Below, piece after piece: positions 47,397 through 58,440 of a DNA stretch of 64,000 bases (the stretch's first letter is position 1; each line of letters opens with the position of its first letter). A program made the translations under genes and the position numbers. This DNA comes from Gemmatimonadota bacterium (GTDB lineage Bacteria; Latescibacterota; UBA2968; UBA8231): the NCBI GenBank assembly GCA_038153405.1, contig JAYOYH010000012.1, positions 11,021 to 75,020 of the forward strand. Reading direction: 5' to 3'. The notes under the pieces are model-generated. The model worked only from the letters and a program-made list of their open reading frames with translations, was not told the DNA's origin and made no database searches.

Positions 47397-49022
47397 CTAG
47401 CGATTCGGTCGCACGACTTGTCCGGGGGTCGCCCCCGTGTGCTCTCCGTCGCGCACCACCCGCACCCCGTTGACCCACACGTCCTGCACGCCCACCGAAA
47501 GCTGGTGTGGGTCTTCAAAGGTCGCCCGGTCGCCTATGGTCGCTTCGTCAAAGACCACGACGTCGGCCTGCAGGCCGCGCACCAACAGACCGCGATCGCC
47601 CAGCGACAGGCGCGTGGCCACGGCGCCGCTCATTTTATGCACGGCCTCTTCTAAGGACAGTATCTTTTCTTCGCGCACATACTTGCCGAGCACGCGCGGA
47701 TAGGTGCCGTAGCCACGCGGGTGCACCGGACCATAAGCCTTGGCCCACGTCGGATCGTGGCCGCCAGCATCGGTCGACACTTTAATCCAAGGCAGGCCCA
47801 GTTGCAGGGCAACATTTTCTTCGCTCATTGAAAAGTAGATGGTGCTGATGCGCTGACGCTCGCTCAGCAGCAGGTCGCACACCGCATCAAACCAATCCTG
47901 GCCGCGTTCCCGCGCAATGTCCGAAAGGCGACGCCCCACGTAGGGCTTATTCTCTTCCTTCTGAAAGCCGATCGGCATCACGCCCTCCTGCCCATGCTGG
48001 TCGACCATGGCCTCCCAGCGCCCACCCGGCTGCATGGACTCGGCTTTGATTTCGGCGCGCTTGGCCGCATTTTCGAGGTTCTCAAAGAGCTTGCCTTCGG
48101 CCGCCGCCCACGGCGGCAGCACCGACGAAAGCCCGGTACCCGAAGCGGGATAAGGATACATATCGGCTGTCACGTCGAGCCCGCCGGCGCGCGCCGCATC
48201 GATCTTTTCAATGACCTGCTGCATCGCGCCCCAGTTGCGCCGACCAGCCGCCTTCAGGTGATAGATCTCCACCGGCAGGCCGCTGTCGCGACCGATGCGC
48301 AGCGCTTCGTCTACCGCTTCGAGAAGCGCGTCGCCCTCCGAGCGAATATGGGTTATGTACAGGCCGCCATAGCGCGCGGCTTCCTTGCACACCTCCACGA
48401 TTTCCTCGGTCTCGGCATAGGCATCCGGCGGGTAGATTAGCGCATAGGACGGCCCGAAGGATCCGTCTTCCATCGCCTCGGCCATCACCCGGCGCATCAG
48501 CACCCGTTCGTCGGCCGTCGGTGCACGCATTTCCAGTCCCATCGCATATTCGCGCAGCGTGCCCGCCCCTAGGAAGGAGCCCACATTGGGCGACACGCCC
48601 GTCTCGACCATGGCCGCCAGCCAATCGCCAAAGCGGTGCCATTGGCCCGCCCGTTCGACCCACTCAGCCAGGCGCTCCCCGTATATACCCATGCTCAGCG
48701 CCTGTTCAATGCGTCCGCCAAACGGGGCCGGCGTCCACGCCTCGCCCATAATTTCGGTGGTGACGCCCTGCGTAATTTTCGACAGACAGCGGCCGTCGAG
48801 CATCAGCGGTACGATCGAATGGCTCTGGATATCGATAAAGCCCGGACACACCACTCGACCCCGCGCATCGACGACCTCTGACGCATCGCCGTCGGCCAGC
48901 ACGTCGGGCGCCGTGATGTCTGCAATGCGCTCGCCGCGCAAACCGATATCGCCATAGCGCCACGGACCGCCCGTGCCGTCGACGACCTTGCCGTTGCGAA
49001 TCAACACGTCTAGTGCAGCCAT
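47397..49022 (-). CDS. N-acyl-D-amino-acid deacylase (D-aminoacylase) family
   Basis: PGFIDIQSHS, QGVTTE, HIRSE, YPY.ASGT, HPRGYGTYPR, ADVVVFD. Confidence 0.92.
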   Translation of the reverse strand: MAALDVLIRNGKVVDGTGGPWRYGDIGLRGERIADITAPDVLADGDASEVVDARGRVVCPGFIDIQSHSIVPLMLDGRCLSKITQGVTTEIMGEAWTPAPFGGRIEQALSMGIYGERLAEWVERAGQWHRFGDWLAAMVETGVSPNVGSFLGAGTLREYAMGLEMRAPTADERVLMRRVMAEAMEDGSFGPSYALIYPPDAYAETEEIVEVCKEAARYGGLYITHIRSEGDALLEAVDEALRIGRDSGLPVEIYHLKAAGRRNWGAMQQVIEKIDAARAGGLDVTADMYPYPASGTGLSSVLPPWAAAEGKLFENLENAAKRAEIKAESMQPGGRWEAMVDQHGQEGVMPIGFQKEENKPYVGRRLSDIARERGQDWFDAVCDLLLSERQRISTIYFSMSEENVALQLGLPWIKVSTDAGGHDPTWAKAYGPVHPRGYGTYPRVLGKYVREEKILSLEEAVHKMSGAVATRLSLGDRGLLVRGLQADVVVFDEATIGDRATFEDPHQLSVGVQDVWVNGVRVVRDGEHTGATPGQVVRPNR

Positions 49023-49047
49023 CGCACGCTCCTATTGTGCAATGCGA

Positions 49048-50802
49048 TCAGCCCTGCACAGGCCGCAAATTGAGCAGCACCAGCAGCCAGCCGCGATGCC
49101 AGTAGGCACTGTTGATATAGGGGTTTTCCTCCGTCGGCCAATTTGTCCAATAGGTCTCGTTGTGCGGAATGCGATGGTACCACTGTACAAGAGGAATAGA
49201 CGGCAGCTGGTCCAGCCAGATCTGCATTGCCTCGCGGTAGAGTTGCATCAGCCGAGGATCGCCCGGCGCCACTTCGGCCATCTGGTCGACGACGCGATCA
49301 AAGTCTCTGTTGGGCCAGCGCCAAAAATACTCGGCCGAGGTGCCCGTCGGCTGCACAAAGCGGCTGTGGTAGAGGCGCAGCGTAAAGTAGGGATCGCGCA
49401 CCGAACCGCCGTGGCCGTTTATGAAAGCGCGTGCCTCGCCCTGCGCCATGCGCGAATAGGCGTCCGAGGTCATGCGAAAATCGGCATCGAAGCCGGCGCG
49501 CTCCAGCTGTGCAACCAGCACCGGCGCCAAATCATTGAATATGGGAAAGATGTCGATAATAATGCGAAAGGGGCGGCCGTCTTTTTGCCAGTAGCCGTCC
49601 TCGCCCCGCTTCCATCCCTTAGCGCGCATAATTTCGGCGCTCTTGTCGACGTCAAAGATGCCCACCTTGCTCGCTTGCAGCAGGTCTTCTACGGCCCTGA
49701 AGTAGGGCCTGAGCGCAGGATAGTCGGGAAAGGGCAACAGCGTTGGTTTGCCGGCGCCCTGCCAGCCTATTTCCACCAGCTGGTCCCGATCGATCGCGTA
49801 GTTTATCGCGCGGCGCAGATCGGGATCGTCAAAAGGTGGTTCCAGCGTATTAAAGCCGAGCGAGATCGGCCAGAAGTCGACGTATCCCATCGGCGATTGG
49901 CGCCCCGTCCACGTGCTGACGCGCGCGTTGCGGTCGACGATTGTCTGAATGTTGGGCGGTCGCAGGTCTAAGCTCGTATCCATCGCGTTGGCGATGAGGT
50001 TCTGCACGCGCTTGGCCTCCTCCATATAGGGTAGGTAGATAACGCGCTCCACCTGCGGCTTTTTGGCCAAGCCCACGTTCTCACCCCACCAATTGTCGCG
50101 CACGTCCCAGATGCGCTGCTGCGGCGAGGATAGGACCATGGTATAGGGCCCCGACACGACGGGCCAACCGTTTTGCAGGTCAAAATTTTCAAACGTATTG
50201 GGATCTTTGCCCTCCCATATATGGCGCGGCACGATTGGCACGCCAATGCCGAACGTTGCCGTCAAGTAGGAAAACGCAAAGCGCGGGTTGGGCGCCGTCA
50301 GCTCGATGCGGGCCGTCAGCGAATCGACGGCTACCGCCGTTTTTACCCAGTTGGCCATATCCGTCGAATAGGTCAGCGAGGGGGCATTGTCCTTGAGCAT
50401 ATTGACAGTGAAGACCACGTCATGCGCCGTCCATGGCATGCCGTCGCTCCACTCAACGCCTTCGCGAATATGGACGACCAGCTCCGTATAGTCGTCGTTG
50501 AACTCGTGTCCGGTGGCAATCCAGGGAATGACCTCATCCTTGAACGCGTTGTAGTAGTAAAGCGGCTCATAGAGAAAGTTATATCCCGTGCGCGAAGTCG
50601 TACCGGGCAAGAAGGGATTAAAGGAATTGTAGTCTTGGATTTGACCGCCGCAAATATTGCTCTCGGCGCAATCCATAATGAGCGTGCGATTGCGCGGCAC
50701 GTTGGCCAAGCTAGCACCCGCCCCTCCGCTGCCGGCGGGCTGCTCACTGCAGCCAGCCCACAAAAAGACCACCCATGCGAGAATCGTGCATCGTTTTGCC
50801 AA
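49048..50802 (-). CDS. ABC transporter substrate-binding lipoprotein, family 5 (paralog 1)
   Basis: Lipobox LWAGC, YEPLYY, IREGVEWSDG, SGPY, RRAINYAIDR; TTG start at 50802. Confidence 0.9.
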   Translation of the reverse strand: MAKRCTILAWVVFLWAGCSEQPAGSGGAGASLANVPRNRTLIMDCAESNICGGQIQDYNSFNPFLPGTTSRTGYNFLYEPLYYYNAFKDEVIPWIATGHEFNDDYTELVVHIREGVEWSDGMPWTAHDVVFTVNMLKDNAPSLTYSTDMANWVKTAVAVDSLTARIELTAPNPRFAFSYLTATFGIGVPIVPRHIWEGKDPNTFENFDLQNGWPVVSGPYTMVLSSPQQRIWDVRDNWWGENVGLAKKPQVERVIYLPYMEEAKRVQNLIANAMDTSLDLRPPNIQTIVDRNARVSTWTGRQSPMGYVDFWPISLGFNTLEPPFDDPDLRRAINYAIDRDQLVEIGWQGAGKPTLLPFPDYPALRPYFRAVEDLLQASKVGIFDVDKSAEIMRAKGWKRGEDGYWQKDGRPFRIIIDIFPIFNDLAPVLVAQLERAGFDADFRMTSDAYSRMAQGEARAFINGHGGSVRDPYFTLRLYHSRFVQPTGTSAEYFWRWPNRDFDRVVDQMAEVAPGDPRLMQLYREAMQIWLDQLPSIPLVQWYHRIPHNETYWTNWPTEENPYINSAYWHRGWLLVLLNLRPVQG

Positions 50803-50987
50803 GAAGTGCGCTCCTATGCTAAGTGCCGGCAAAAATACTCGGCAATATTTCCGTACTCGTGAAGACGACAGCGCGCGCGCCGCGTCTATAGCTTCCGTAT
50901 ATATGGCTTCCATATATTATCTTGTAGCCGTCTCACAAGTAGTGCATTATACTACGCAAAAAACCACTCTTCGGGAAAGGACACTCC

Positions 50988-51776
50988 ATGCGCTGTCAAG
51001 AAATAGACTATCATATATACGGCAACGACCTACAGGTGGTGGAGGTCGAACTCGACCCCGGCGAAACCGTCATTGCCGAAGCAGGGGCGATGAACTGGAT
51101 GGACGACCGGATCAGCTTTGAGAGCAAAATGGGCGACGGCTCTAAGGCCGACGAGGGCTTTATGGGCAAGCTCCTCAGCGTCGGCAAGCGCGCGCTGACC
51201 GGCGAGTCGCTCTTTATGACTCATTTTACCAACGATGGACGCGACAAAAAGCGCGTCGCCTTTGCTGCACCCTATCCAGGACATATCATTCCCATCGACA
51301 TGGCGCACATCGGCGAGGAACTCATATGTCAGAAGGATTCTTTTCTCTGCGCGGCACTGGGCACTGAACTCAGCATCGCCTTTACCCGCCGACTCGGCAG
51401 CGGCTTTTTTGGTGGCGAGGGCTTTATCCTACAGCGACTGCGCGGCGATGGCATGGCCTTTGTGCACGCCGGTGGAACCGTCGTCAAGAAGGAGCTCAAC
51501 AACGAACTACTCCGCGTCGATACGGGCTGTCTGGTCGCCTTTACGCCCGGCATTGACTACGATATCGAAATGACGCGCGGCCTCAAGTCGATGTTCTTTG
51601 GCGGCGAGGGGTTGTTCTTGGCCACCCTGCAGGGTACGGGCACCGTCTATCTGCAGAGCCTGCCTTTTTCGCGTCTGGCTGATCGCATTCTCGAGAATAT
51701 GCCTTCGGCCGGAGGCAAGCAGCAGGGCGAAGGCTCCGTGCTGGGCGGTCTCGGCCGCATGATCGACGGCGACTAA
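50988..51776 (+). CDS. TIGR00266 / AIM24 family protein
   Basis: [49 protein letters not shown]. Confidence 0.92.
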   Translation: MRCQEIDYHIYGNDLQVVEVELDPGETVIAEAGAMNWMDDRISFESKMGDGSKADEGFMGKLLSVGKRALTGESLFMTHFTNDGRDKKRVAFAAPYPGHIIPIDMAHIGEELICQKDSFLCAALGTELSIAFTRRLGSGFFGGEGFILQRLRGDGMAFVHAGGTVVKKELNNELLRVDTGCLVAFTPGIDYDIEMTRGLKSMFFGGEGLFLATLQGTGTVYLQSLPFSRLADRILENMPSAGGKQQGEGSVLGGLGRMIDGD

Positions 51777-51913
51777 CGACCGTAAAGACGACTGCGCTGG
51801 TCAATAGAATCCGCTGTCGGTTGACACGGCGCCGCGTTGTGGCGAAAATGTGCCCGCGCTGGGGCCCGATGCCCCAGCGCGCTATCGCACACTAACCTGC
51901 ACGAGGCGCTCCT

Positions 51914-53518
51914 ATGTATGATCTCCTCCTCAAGAACGGCCTCCTCATCGACGGCAGCGGGGCCCCTGCCTTCCAAGCTGACATCGCCGTCCAAGACGGG
52001 CGCATCGCCGCCATCGGCGCGCTTGGCGACGGACCCGCGCGCCAAACGGTCGATGCCAGCGACCGCTGCGTGTGCCCCGGCTTTATCGATATCCATACGC
52101 ACTCCGACCTGACCATCGCCCTCGACGGGCGCGCCTACAGTTCGCTGGCACAGGGCATCACCACGCAGATCATGGGCAACTGCGGCGTCTCCGCCGCGCC
52201 TACGCGCGATGGCGCCCTGTACTACGGACCGCTAGACCCAAGCATGACGCGCGGCCTGGTCTGCGACTGGGCGCACTTCGACCAGTATTTTGCGCGCCTC
52301 GAAGACCAGGGCTTGGGCACCAATACCGCTACGCTCGTCGGCCACGGCAATATTCGCGTCGCCGCCATGGGATACGACGATCGACCGCCAACGACAAGCG
52401 AAATGGCTGTTATGCGCGAGCTGGTCGAGCGCGCCATGCACGACGGCTGCTTCGGTTTGTCCAGCGGCCTGGCCTACGCGCCGGGTCCCTACGCCGCCCT
52501 CGATGAATTAGTTGAACTGAGTGAAGTCGTCGCGCGCCACGGCGGCATCTACACCTCGCACATCCGCAACCAGACCGAGGGCATCGCCGCTGCCGTAGGC
52601 GAGGTGACCAGCGTCGGCCAGCGCGCGCGCTTGGCCGCGCACGTCTCGCATATGCAGCCAGGCGCGCCGATGATCGGCTCAACGCGCCAGCTGCTCGACG
52701 ACATCGATGCCCTGCGCGCCAGCGGCATGGATATCAGCTGCGATGCCATTCCCTATACCATCGGCAGCACTACGCTCAAATCGCTCCTGCCGCCCTGGGC
52801 ACTGGACGGCGGCGACGAGGCGCTGCTGCGCCGGTTAAACGATCTGGAAATGCGCGAGAAGATCAAGGCCGATACCATGCAGTACGGCGCGGAGAGCGGA
52901 GGTAGCCGCAAGCGCAACCTAGTCAAAAGCCAGCAGTGGGAGAAAATCTGGCTGGGCAGCGCCGAGCACAACGCCGCGCTGGCCGGACTCGACTTTGCAG
53001 AAATCGGCCGCAGACGCCAGCAGGATCCGCACGACGCCGTGCTCGACATCCTCATCGAAGAGGAGGCACGCCCGTGGATGTTGGCCGAGGACGTGTCGGA
53101 AGAAGACTTTCTCAACATCGCCCGCCACCCGGCCGGCGGCGTCATATCCGACGGATTCTCGCTGGTGCCCGAAGGCGTGCTGGCCGAGGGTAAGCACCAC
53201 CCGCGCTCCTATGCGGCTTTTCCCTATTTCCTGCGCCGCTTCGTGCGCGAACAGTCGGCGCTGCGCTGGGAGGAAGCCATCTTCAAACTCAGCGGACATG
53301 CCGCTGCGCGCTTTGGCCTGTCCGATCGCGGCCTGCTGCGCGAAGGGCTATGTGCCGACTTAGTGGTCTTCGACCCGCAGCACATTAGCGAGGGCGCCGA
53401 CTTCGACTCCCCGTATCAATATCCCAGCGGCATCGACTGCGTCGTGGTCAATGGATCGATCGCCGTCGACGGCGGCGAACTCAGCGACGTGCGCGCCGGT
53501 CGGGTGCTGCGCAAATAA
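51914..53518 (+). CDS. N-acyl-D-amino-acid deacylase (D-aminoacylase) family
   Basis: PGFIDIHTHSD, QGITTQIMGNCG, SHIR, HPRSY..FP, ADLVVFD. Confidence 0.92.
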   Translation: MYDLLLKNGLLIDGSGAPAFQADIAVQDGRIAAIGALGDGPARQTVDASDRCVCPGFIDIHTHSDLTIALDGRAYSSLAQGITTQIMGNCGVSAAPTRDGALYYGPLDPSMTRGLVCDWAHFDQYFARLEDQGLGTNTATLVGHGNIRVAAMGYDDRPPTTSEMAVMRELVERAMHDGCFGLSSGLAYAPGPYAALDELVELSEVVARHGGIYTSHIRNQTEGIAAAVGEVTSVGQRARLAAHVSHMQPGAPMIGSTRQLLDDIDALRASGMDISCDAIPYTIGSTTLKSLLPPWALDGGDEALLRRLNDLEMREKIKADTMQYGAESGGSRKRNLVKSQQWEKIWLGSAEHNAALAGLDFAEIGRRRQQDPHDAVLDILIEEEARPWMLAEDVSEEDFLNIARHPAGGVISDGFSLVPEGVLAEGKHHPRSYAAFPYFLRRFVREQSALRWEEAIFKLSGHAAARFGLSDRGLLREGLCADLVVFDPQHISEGADFDSPYQYPSGIDCVVVNGSIAVDGGELSDVRAGRVLRK

Positions 53519-53536
53519 TTACCTCTAAACAGGTAG

Positions 53537-53997
53537 ATGTGCGTAAAAATTAACAAGGTCGAAACCATTCGCTCAATCGAGCGCAACTACTGCTGGATTT
53601 TGATCTACACCGATGAGGGGCACGTAGGCCTCGGCGAGACCTACCACCGCGCTGACCCGGCCGAGCTCATAGTGCATGAGTTTGCACGCGACATACTGCT
53701 CGGCCAGGATCCGCGCAATATCGAGCGCATATTGAATCCCGACTAGCCTGGACCGGCGGCCTTTCCGAAGTGCGCAAGATCGCCGCCTGTGCTCAGGTGC
53801 ACTACGTGCCGGTCGCCCCACACAACTACGGACCCCTGAGCTGCATGGCGCTGACGCACCTAATGGCCGCTCTTCCCAACACGCGCCATCTCGAATTTAC
53901 CGCCTACCGCTATCCGATCTGGAATAGCTATCTCGATGAACCGATCACCTGGTCCGAGGGACAGCTGGCGCTGCCGAGAACAGTTATAGAAGAATAG
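53537..53997 (+). pseudogene. Internally deleted, frameshifted mandelate racemase / galactonate dehydratase-like gene
   Basis: N-domain (TDEG..GLGE, G.DP..IE) joined directly to the C-terminal segment (NPD-[frameshift]-AWTGGLSEVRKIA..A....VAPHN); barrel core absent. Confidence 0.8.
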
Positions 53998-54004
53998 TCG
54001 CTCG

Positions 54005-54997
54005 TCAATGGATGATCTTGTCGAGCAGTCCGTTCGCCTTTAGCCCCCAGTAAAGCTTCTGCGCTAATTCCCACGACCCCTCGCTCGTTAAGTGAATGCC
54101 GTCCTCGACAAAGTACTTGTGCGTCAGGTCTTCTTGTGGAAATTGGTCAAACGCGCCCAGCATATCGACTACGAGCGCGCCTTCGTCGCGCGCGACCGCG
54201 CGCACGATCTCAGCGTAGCGCCGGTGTAGCGGTACTAGCTCGCTCAGATCCTCGAGCCAGCGCTCACCCAAGTAGACCGGCTCGTGCCCTACGCGGTGCG
54301 AGGAGGGCGCCGTCAGCAGCACCGGCGTAATATTCGCCGCGCGCGCCGTGCGCACCATCTCCGTCAGGTTGGCGCGAAAATCGGCTTCCGATACGCGGCG
54401 CGGACGCGCGCCATCGCCGTAGCTCCCAATGGCCAGATAACTGAACAACTGCACCAAGCGCCAATCGTCAAAGCGCATCAGCAGCGAACGGTCTGCATTA
54501 AATACTCCAACATTCTTGTCGGCAATGCCAAAGCTCATCCAGTGATCGTTCCACCCGTAGTATATGGTGACGATCTGCGGCTGCATGGGCACGATGTCGC
54601 GCTCCAGCTGCTGAAGCCCTTGATAGGAGCTCCAACCGCCAACGCCTGCGTTGACGAAGGTAAAGCTATTTTGTGGGTGTGCCTGGTCGATAATGCTCTT
54701 GAAGAGCCGGCTGTAGTTGCTCCATGCCGTGCAGGAATCGCCCATAAAGACAATATTCGGCCGGCTGCCGCTCAAGTTGTCGACCGCCTCACGGTATCCC
54801 TTTGGGACCCACAGCACCTTTTCGTCGGCCGTAAAGGTGTCTGCCATCAGAACGGGATCAGGCCAGCCAAACTCCACGCGTGCTGGAAAGAGTTTGTATT
54901 CAAACCCGTATGCGCGCAGCAGCAGTTCGCCGAGGGCGAGTGATACGACGAGGCTACAGGCGAAGAGTGCTGCTGTTAGATAGGATCTTTCTTTCAC
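54005..54997 (-). CDS. Membrane-anchored SGNH/GDSL hydrolase
   Basis: N-terminal TM, GDSC, NAGVGG, GWND, DGIH blocks. Confidence 0.88.
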   Translation of the reverse strand: MKERSYLTAALFACSLVVSLALGELLLRAYGFEYKLFPARVEFGWPDPVLMADTFTADEKVLWVPKGYREAVDNLSGSRPNIVFMGDSCTAWSNYSRLFKSIIDQAHPQNSFTFVNAGVGGWSSYQGLQQLERDIVPMQPQIVTIYYGWNDHWMSFGIADKNVGVFNADRSLLMRFDDWRLVQLFSYLAIGSYGDGARPRRVSEADFRANLTEMVRTARAANITPVLLTAPSSHRVGHEPVYLGERWLEDLSELVPLHRRYAEIVRAVARDEGALVVDMLGAFDQFPQEDLTHKYFVEDGIHLTSEGSWELAQKLYWGLKANGLLDKIIH

Positions 54998-55018
54998 GAC
55001 GACGTCCCTTTGGCGGCC

Positions 55019-56929
55019 CTACCCATTGTCGTTAAACGCTTGCTCCAACGCGCTTTCCAATAGCGCCTGAGCTGCAGCCGCGCTGAAGTCGGACGGTGCA
55101 AAGCGCAGTATGGCGCGTAGGGCCTCATCGCGATTTCCCGCCGCGTAGAGCGACATCGCCCACTGCATATACGCATAGCGCATTTGCTCTCCGTCTTGTG
55201 CACCCTCTTCCAGTGCATCAACGGCCCGCCCATAGGCGCGCACGGCTAGGCCAAAGACGCGACTGGTAAAGTAGATATCGCCCAGGGCCACGTTCCGTTC
55301 AAAGAGGTTAGGGCGCAGGCGGGTGCGCGGCTCTAAGCGCGCGCGCGAACGGGCTATGTCCTCTTTCGAGACCGCTCGGTAGGTTTCCCGACTCAGCCAC
55401 TGATCCCACGCGCCGCGGTGATAATCCCATATGGCGCGCCAGCGCGCGCCCGATAGGAGCGGGCCGCTCGTTATCAGACGCAGTCCATCGTAGTAGCGAC
55501 CCAACTGGCGATCGGCCAGCACATTTTCTCCATAGATCAGCGTCTCGAGATAGCCTTCGGGCATGATCCGCTCAAAGTGGCCCGGGCTCCACTCGGCATC
55601 TTCAAAGGCGGGCAAACGCGCCAGCAGCGCCGTGCCGATGCCGAGCACATCGGCGTGATACAGTTTGGGGCCTGCATAGTATGGCAAGATGCCAATGTTG
55701 TAATACGTCGTAACGACCAATTCCTGGCGCTGGGCGGCCGCTCTTAATTGCCGGCCAAAATCGACCCAATGATGGCGCGGAAACTCAACACCCTCGTCTG
55801 CCGACAGCGCTTTGAGCAATCCCGTCGCCGCGTGGTAATTGGCGCGTTCGTCCAAAATTCCGTGCCCCGCTTCTACGCCATGCTCCTCGTAGTCGACGCC
55901 GCTGAGCGGAGGCGGCGCTGACCCCATCAAGCCAACGGCCAGCACGGCGCCCAGCGCCGCAAGGCCGGTGCGCGCATCGCGCAGCGCTACAGCATATACC
56001 AGCGCACACACGGCCCCCAAAAATGGCAGCGCGATAAAGCGCCCCGTCATATAGTCGCCGCCAATGCGGACGACGTAGACCAGATAGAGCGCGCAGCCCA
56101 GTACGATCACTCCCTCTCGAGCCAAGCGCCGATAGGCACACCATGCACTGGCCAAAGCCAGCGCGCCCAGTGCCAGGGGATCGACGCGCAGTGAGTTTTG
56201 CAAATAGCGCAATCCCTGCACCACCAACTCTCCAGAATCCACACCCGTATTGAGCTTGGCATAGGCCGTGTTGGGAACAAAAAAACCGTAGTACGCGAGC
56301 GAGAATATCTCCCACCCTAAAAAGAGCGGCAACCCGCACGACAGCAGGTACAGGGCGCGCGCGCTGCGCTCCTGCCATATGCAGTAGAGAAGAGCGGGGC
56401 CGTAGACGATCAGCACATCCATGCGCGTCAGCGCCGCCAACGAGGTCAATACGCCGAGCAGGACGAGTCGACGCGGTCCGTTCTCAGCGCGCAAAAAAAC
56501 GGCGACGAAGAGAGCCAGCAATAGGTGCGACAGCGGATTTTCTAAACCGGATGTCGAATAGTCGACAAAGGCCTTACACAGGCACAGTAGAGCCACGCCC
56601 AAGGCCGCATGCCACACGCTCGGTGCCAGCACGACCACGACGAGCGCAGCTACCCCTAGAGAGCACAGCCAGGAAACACCAATGCTGGTGTAAAACACCT
56701 CACCGCTCAGCCAGTGCGCCAATGCCATAAAACCAAACCACAGCGGATGGGTGTAGGTCTGCACGCGCTCGCCGACGTTCCACACCGCACCGTAGCCGTT
56801 GAGTAAATTATCTACCGTGCGAAAGGTGATAAAGGCATCTTCGTGCAGCCAGGCGTTTTGCAAAACGACAAGCGCATAAACTCCTAACGCAACCGCTTGC
56901 AGTGCGCGATGAGCAGGGGTTGTGAGCAT
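55019..56929 (-). CDS. GT-C membrane glycosyltransferase (AftB-like) with C-terminal TPR
   Basis: W..EDAFITFRTV.N...G.G.VWN.GERVQ..THPLW, TSGLE, PNTAYAK, GGDYM.GRF, PGH.ER. Confidence 0.8.
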   Translation of the reverse strand: MLTTPAHRALQAVALGVYALVVLQNAWLHEDAFITFRTVDNLLNGYGAVWNVGERVQTYTHPLWFGFMALAHWLSGEVFYTSIGVSWLCSLGVAALVVVVLAPSVWHAALGVALLCLCKAFVDYSTSGLENPLSHLLLALFVAVFLRAENGPRRLVLLGVLTSLAALTRMDVLIVYGPALLYCIWQERSARALYLLSCGLPLFLGWEIFSLAYYGFFVPNTAYAKLNTGVDSGELVVQGLRYLQNSLRVDPLALGALALASAWCAYRRLAREGVIVLGCALYLVYVVRIGGDYMTGRFIALPFLGAVCALVYAVALRDARTGLAALGAVLAVGLMGSAPPPLSGVDYEEHGVEAGHGILDERANYHAATGLLKALSADEGVEFPRHHWVDFGRQLRAAAQRQELVVTTYYNIGILPYYAGPKLYHADVLGIGTALLARLPAFEDAEWSPGHFERIMPEGYLETLIYGENVLADRQLGRYYDGLRLITSGPLLSGARWRAIWDYHRGAWDQWLSRETYRAVSKEDIARSRARLEPRTRLRPNLFERNVALGDIYFTSRVFGLAVRAYGRAVDALEEGAQDGEQMRYAYMQWAMSLYAAGNRDEALRAILRFAPSDFSAAAAQALLESALEQAFNDNG

Positions 56930-57064
56930 CAAACCTTCAACTATTTTTGTTGTCAATGGGCGAATTGAATGTAGAAGGCTGCCCGTTGTCGAGCAAACGC
57001 ACTGCGCCGATCGGGCGACGCCCTCTCCAATGTAAATCCATCCTGATGGCATTCGAGGTATACC

Positions 57065-58435
57065 ATGACGCGGCAACCTAATCTCATCGTCGTCCTGTCT
57101 GACCAACTGCGCCGACACGCCTTGGCGTGCTACGGCGACCCGGACGCGCGCACACCGCATACGACACAGCTAGCGGCCGACGGCGTGCGCTTTGCCAACG
57201 CCTGCTCGACCTACCCGATTTGCGTTCCCTTTCGCTTTACCATGATGACCGGCGAGTACGCACACACGCGCTGGGTGCCCGGCATAGAGTACCGCATGTC
57301 ACCGCGCGAGCGCACGCTGGCCGACGAGTTTAACGAAGCGGGCTACCAAACGATCTACGTCGGCAAGTGGCACCTCGACGGCGGACACGGTCGCATGGGA
57401 TCGGCCGTGCAAACCAACCGAACGCCCGTGCCGCGCACACATCAGGGACGCTGGAAAACATGGTTTGGCTTTGAGCTGCGCAACGGACCTTTTGACACCT
57501 GCTATTTTGCCAACGAAGACCCCACGCCCATTGCGATAGCGGACTACCAGACCGACGGTCTATTCGATATCGGCATGCGCCACCTCAGAGAGCGGAGCAA
57601 TCCGCACGAACCGTTTTGCATGGTTATCTCCGTCGAACCGCCGCACGATCCGTTTGAAGCGCCGGCGGCACTACAAGAGGCGTGGGCGAAACGCGATATC
57701 GCTCTACCGCCCAATTTTGCCCCCGACGACGATGCCCAGCGCGCGCGCTTTATCGGCGAGCGCAAACGCTACAACGCCATGATTGAAAACCTCGACCAAA
57801 ACGTGGGGAAATTGCGCGCCTTCCTGTGCCAAGAACGGCTGGCCGATGAGACGATCATCGTCTTTCTCTCCGACCACGGAGAGTTGGGCGGCGCCCATGG
57901 TCTAGGGCGCAAACAGTGGCCCTATGAAGAATCGGTCGGCATACCGCTCATCGTCTTTGATCCGCGCTCGCCTTCCCGCGCTGGCAGCGTCATCTCAGCG
58001 CCCACCTGCACAGAAGACCTCTTTCCAACTTTTCTGGGATTATGCGGCTTGACGGCCAGTAACTCGTTACCCGGCACCGACCTCACATCGCTCATATCCG
58101 GCCAGGCTGCGTCGCTGGACAGAGAGGGCGTTATGCTGCAGTTCGTCGCCGAACTGCGCCACAGCCAGATTTTTCACGACGCCGTCTGGCGCGCCTTTCG
58201 CAGCGAGCGATTTAAATACGTGGTGCGCGGCGATAAAAACGCATCGCAGCCGTGGATGCTCTTTGATTTGCACAGCGATCCCTACGAAATCCACAACCTG
58301 GTGGCCGACCCGGCCTGGGATGCGCACAAAGCGCACCTGCACCAACAACTCCGCCTGCGCATGGCCGAAACGACCGATCCCTTCGTACTATCACCCGCTT
58401 GGAACGCCCCCGGTCTTAACCAATGGCATGCGTGA
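57065..58435 (+). CDS. Formylglycine-dependent (S1) sulfatase
   Basis: PN....SDQ, CVPFR (CxPxR), GKWH, PPHDP, SDHG, K..PYEES, DL..DP.E. Confidence 0.93.
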   Translation: MTRQPNLIVVLSDQLRRHALACYGDPDARTPHTTQLAADGVRFANACSTYPICVPFRFTMMTGEYAHTRWVPGIEYRMSPRERTLADEFNEAGYQTIYVGKWHLDGGHGRMGSAVQTNRTPVPRTHQGRWKTWFGFELRNGPFDTCYFANEDPTPIAIADYQTDGLFDIGMRHLRERSNPHEPFCMVISVEPPHDPFEAPAALQEAWAKRDIALPPNFAPDDDAQRARFIGERKRYNAMIENLDQNVGKLRAFLCQERLADETIIVFLSDHGELGGAHGLGRKQWPYEESVGIPLIVFDPRSPSRAGSVISAPTCTEDLFPTFLGLCGLTASNSLPGTDLTSLISGQAASLDREGVMLQFVAELRHSQIFHDAVWRAFRSERFKYVVRGDKNASQPWMLFDLHSDPYEIHNLVADPAWDAHKAHLHQQLRLRMAETTDPFVLSPAWNAPGLNQWHA

Positions 58436-58440
58436 GGGAG

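Noticed and set aside
48973-49971. 332-aa plus-strand ORF
   Set aside because: Antisense to the well-supported SBP gene
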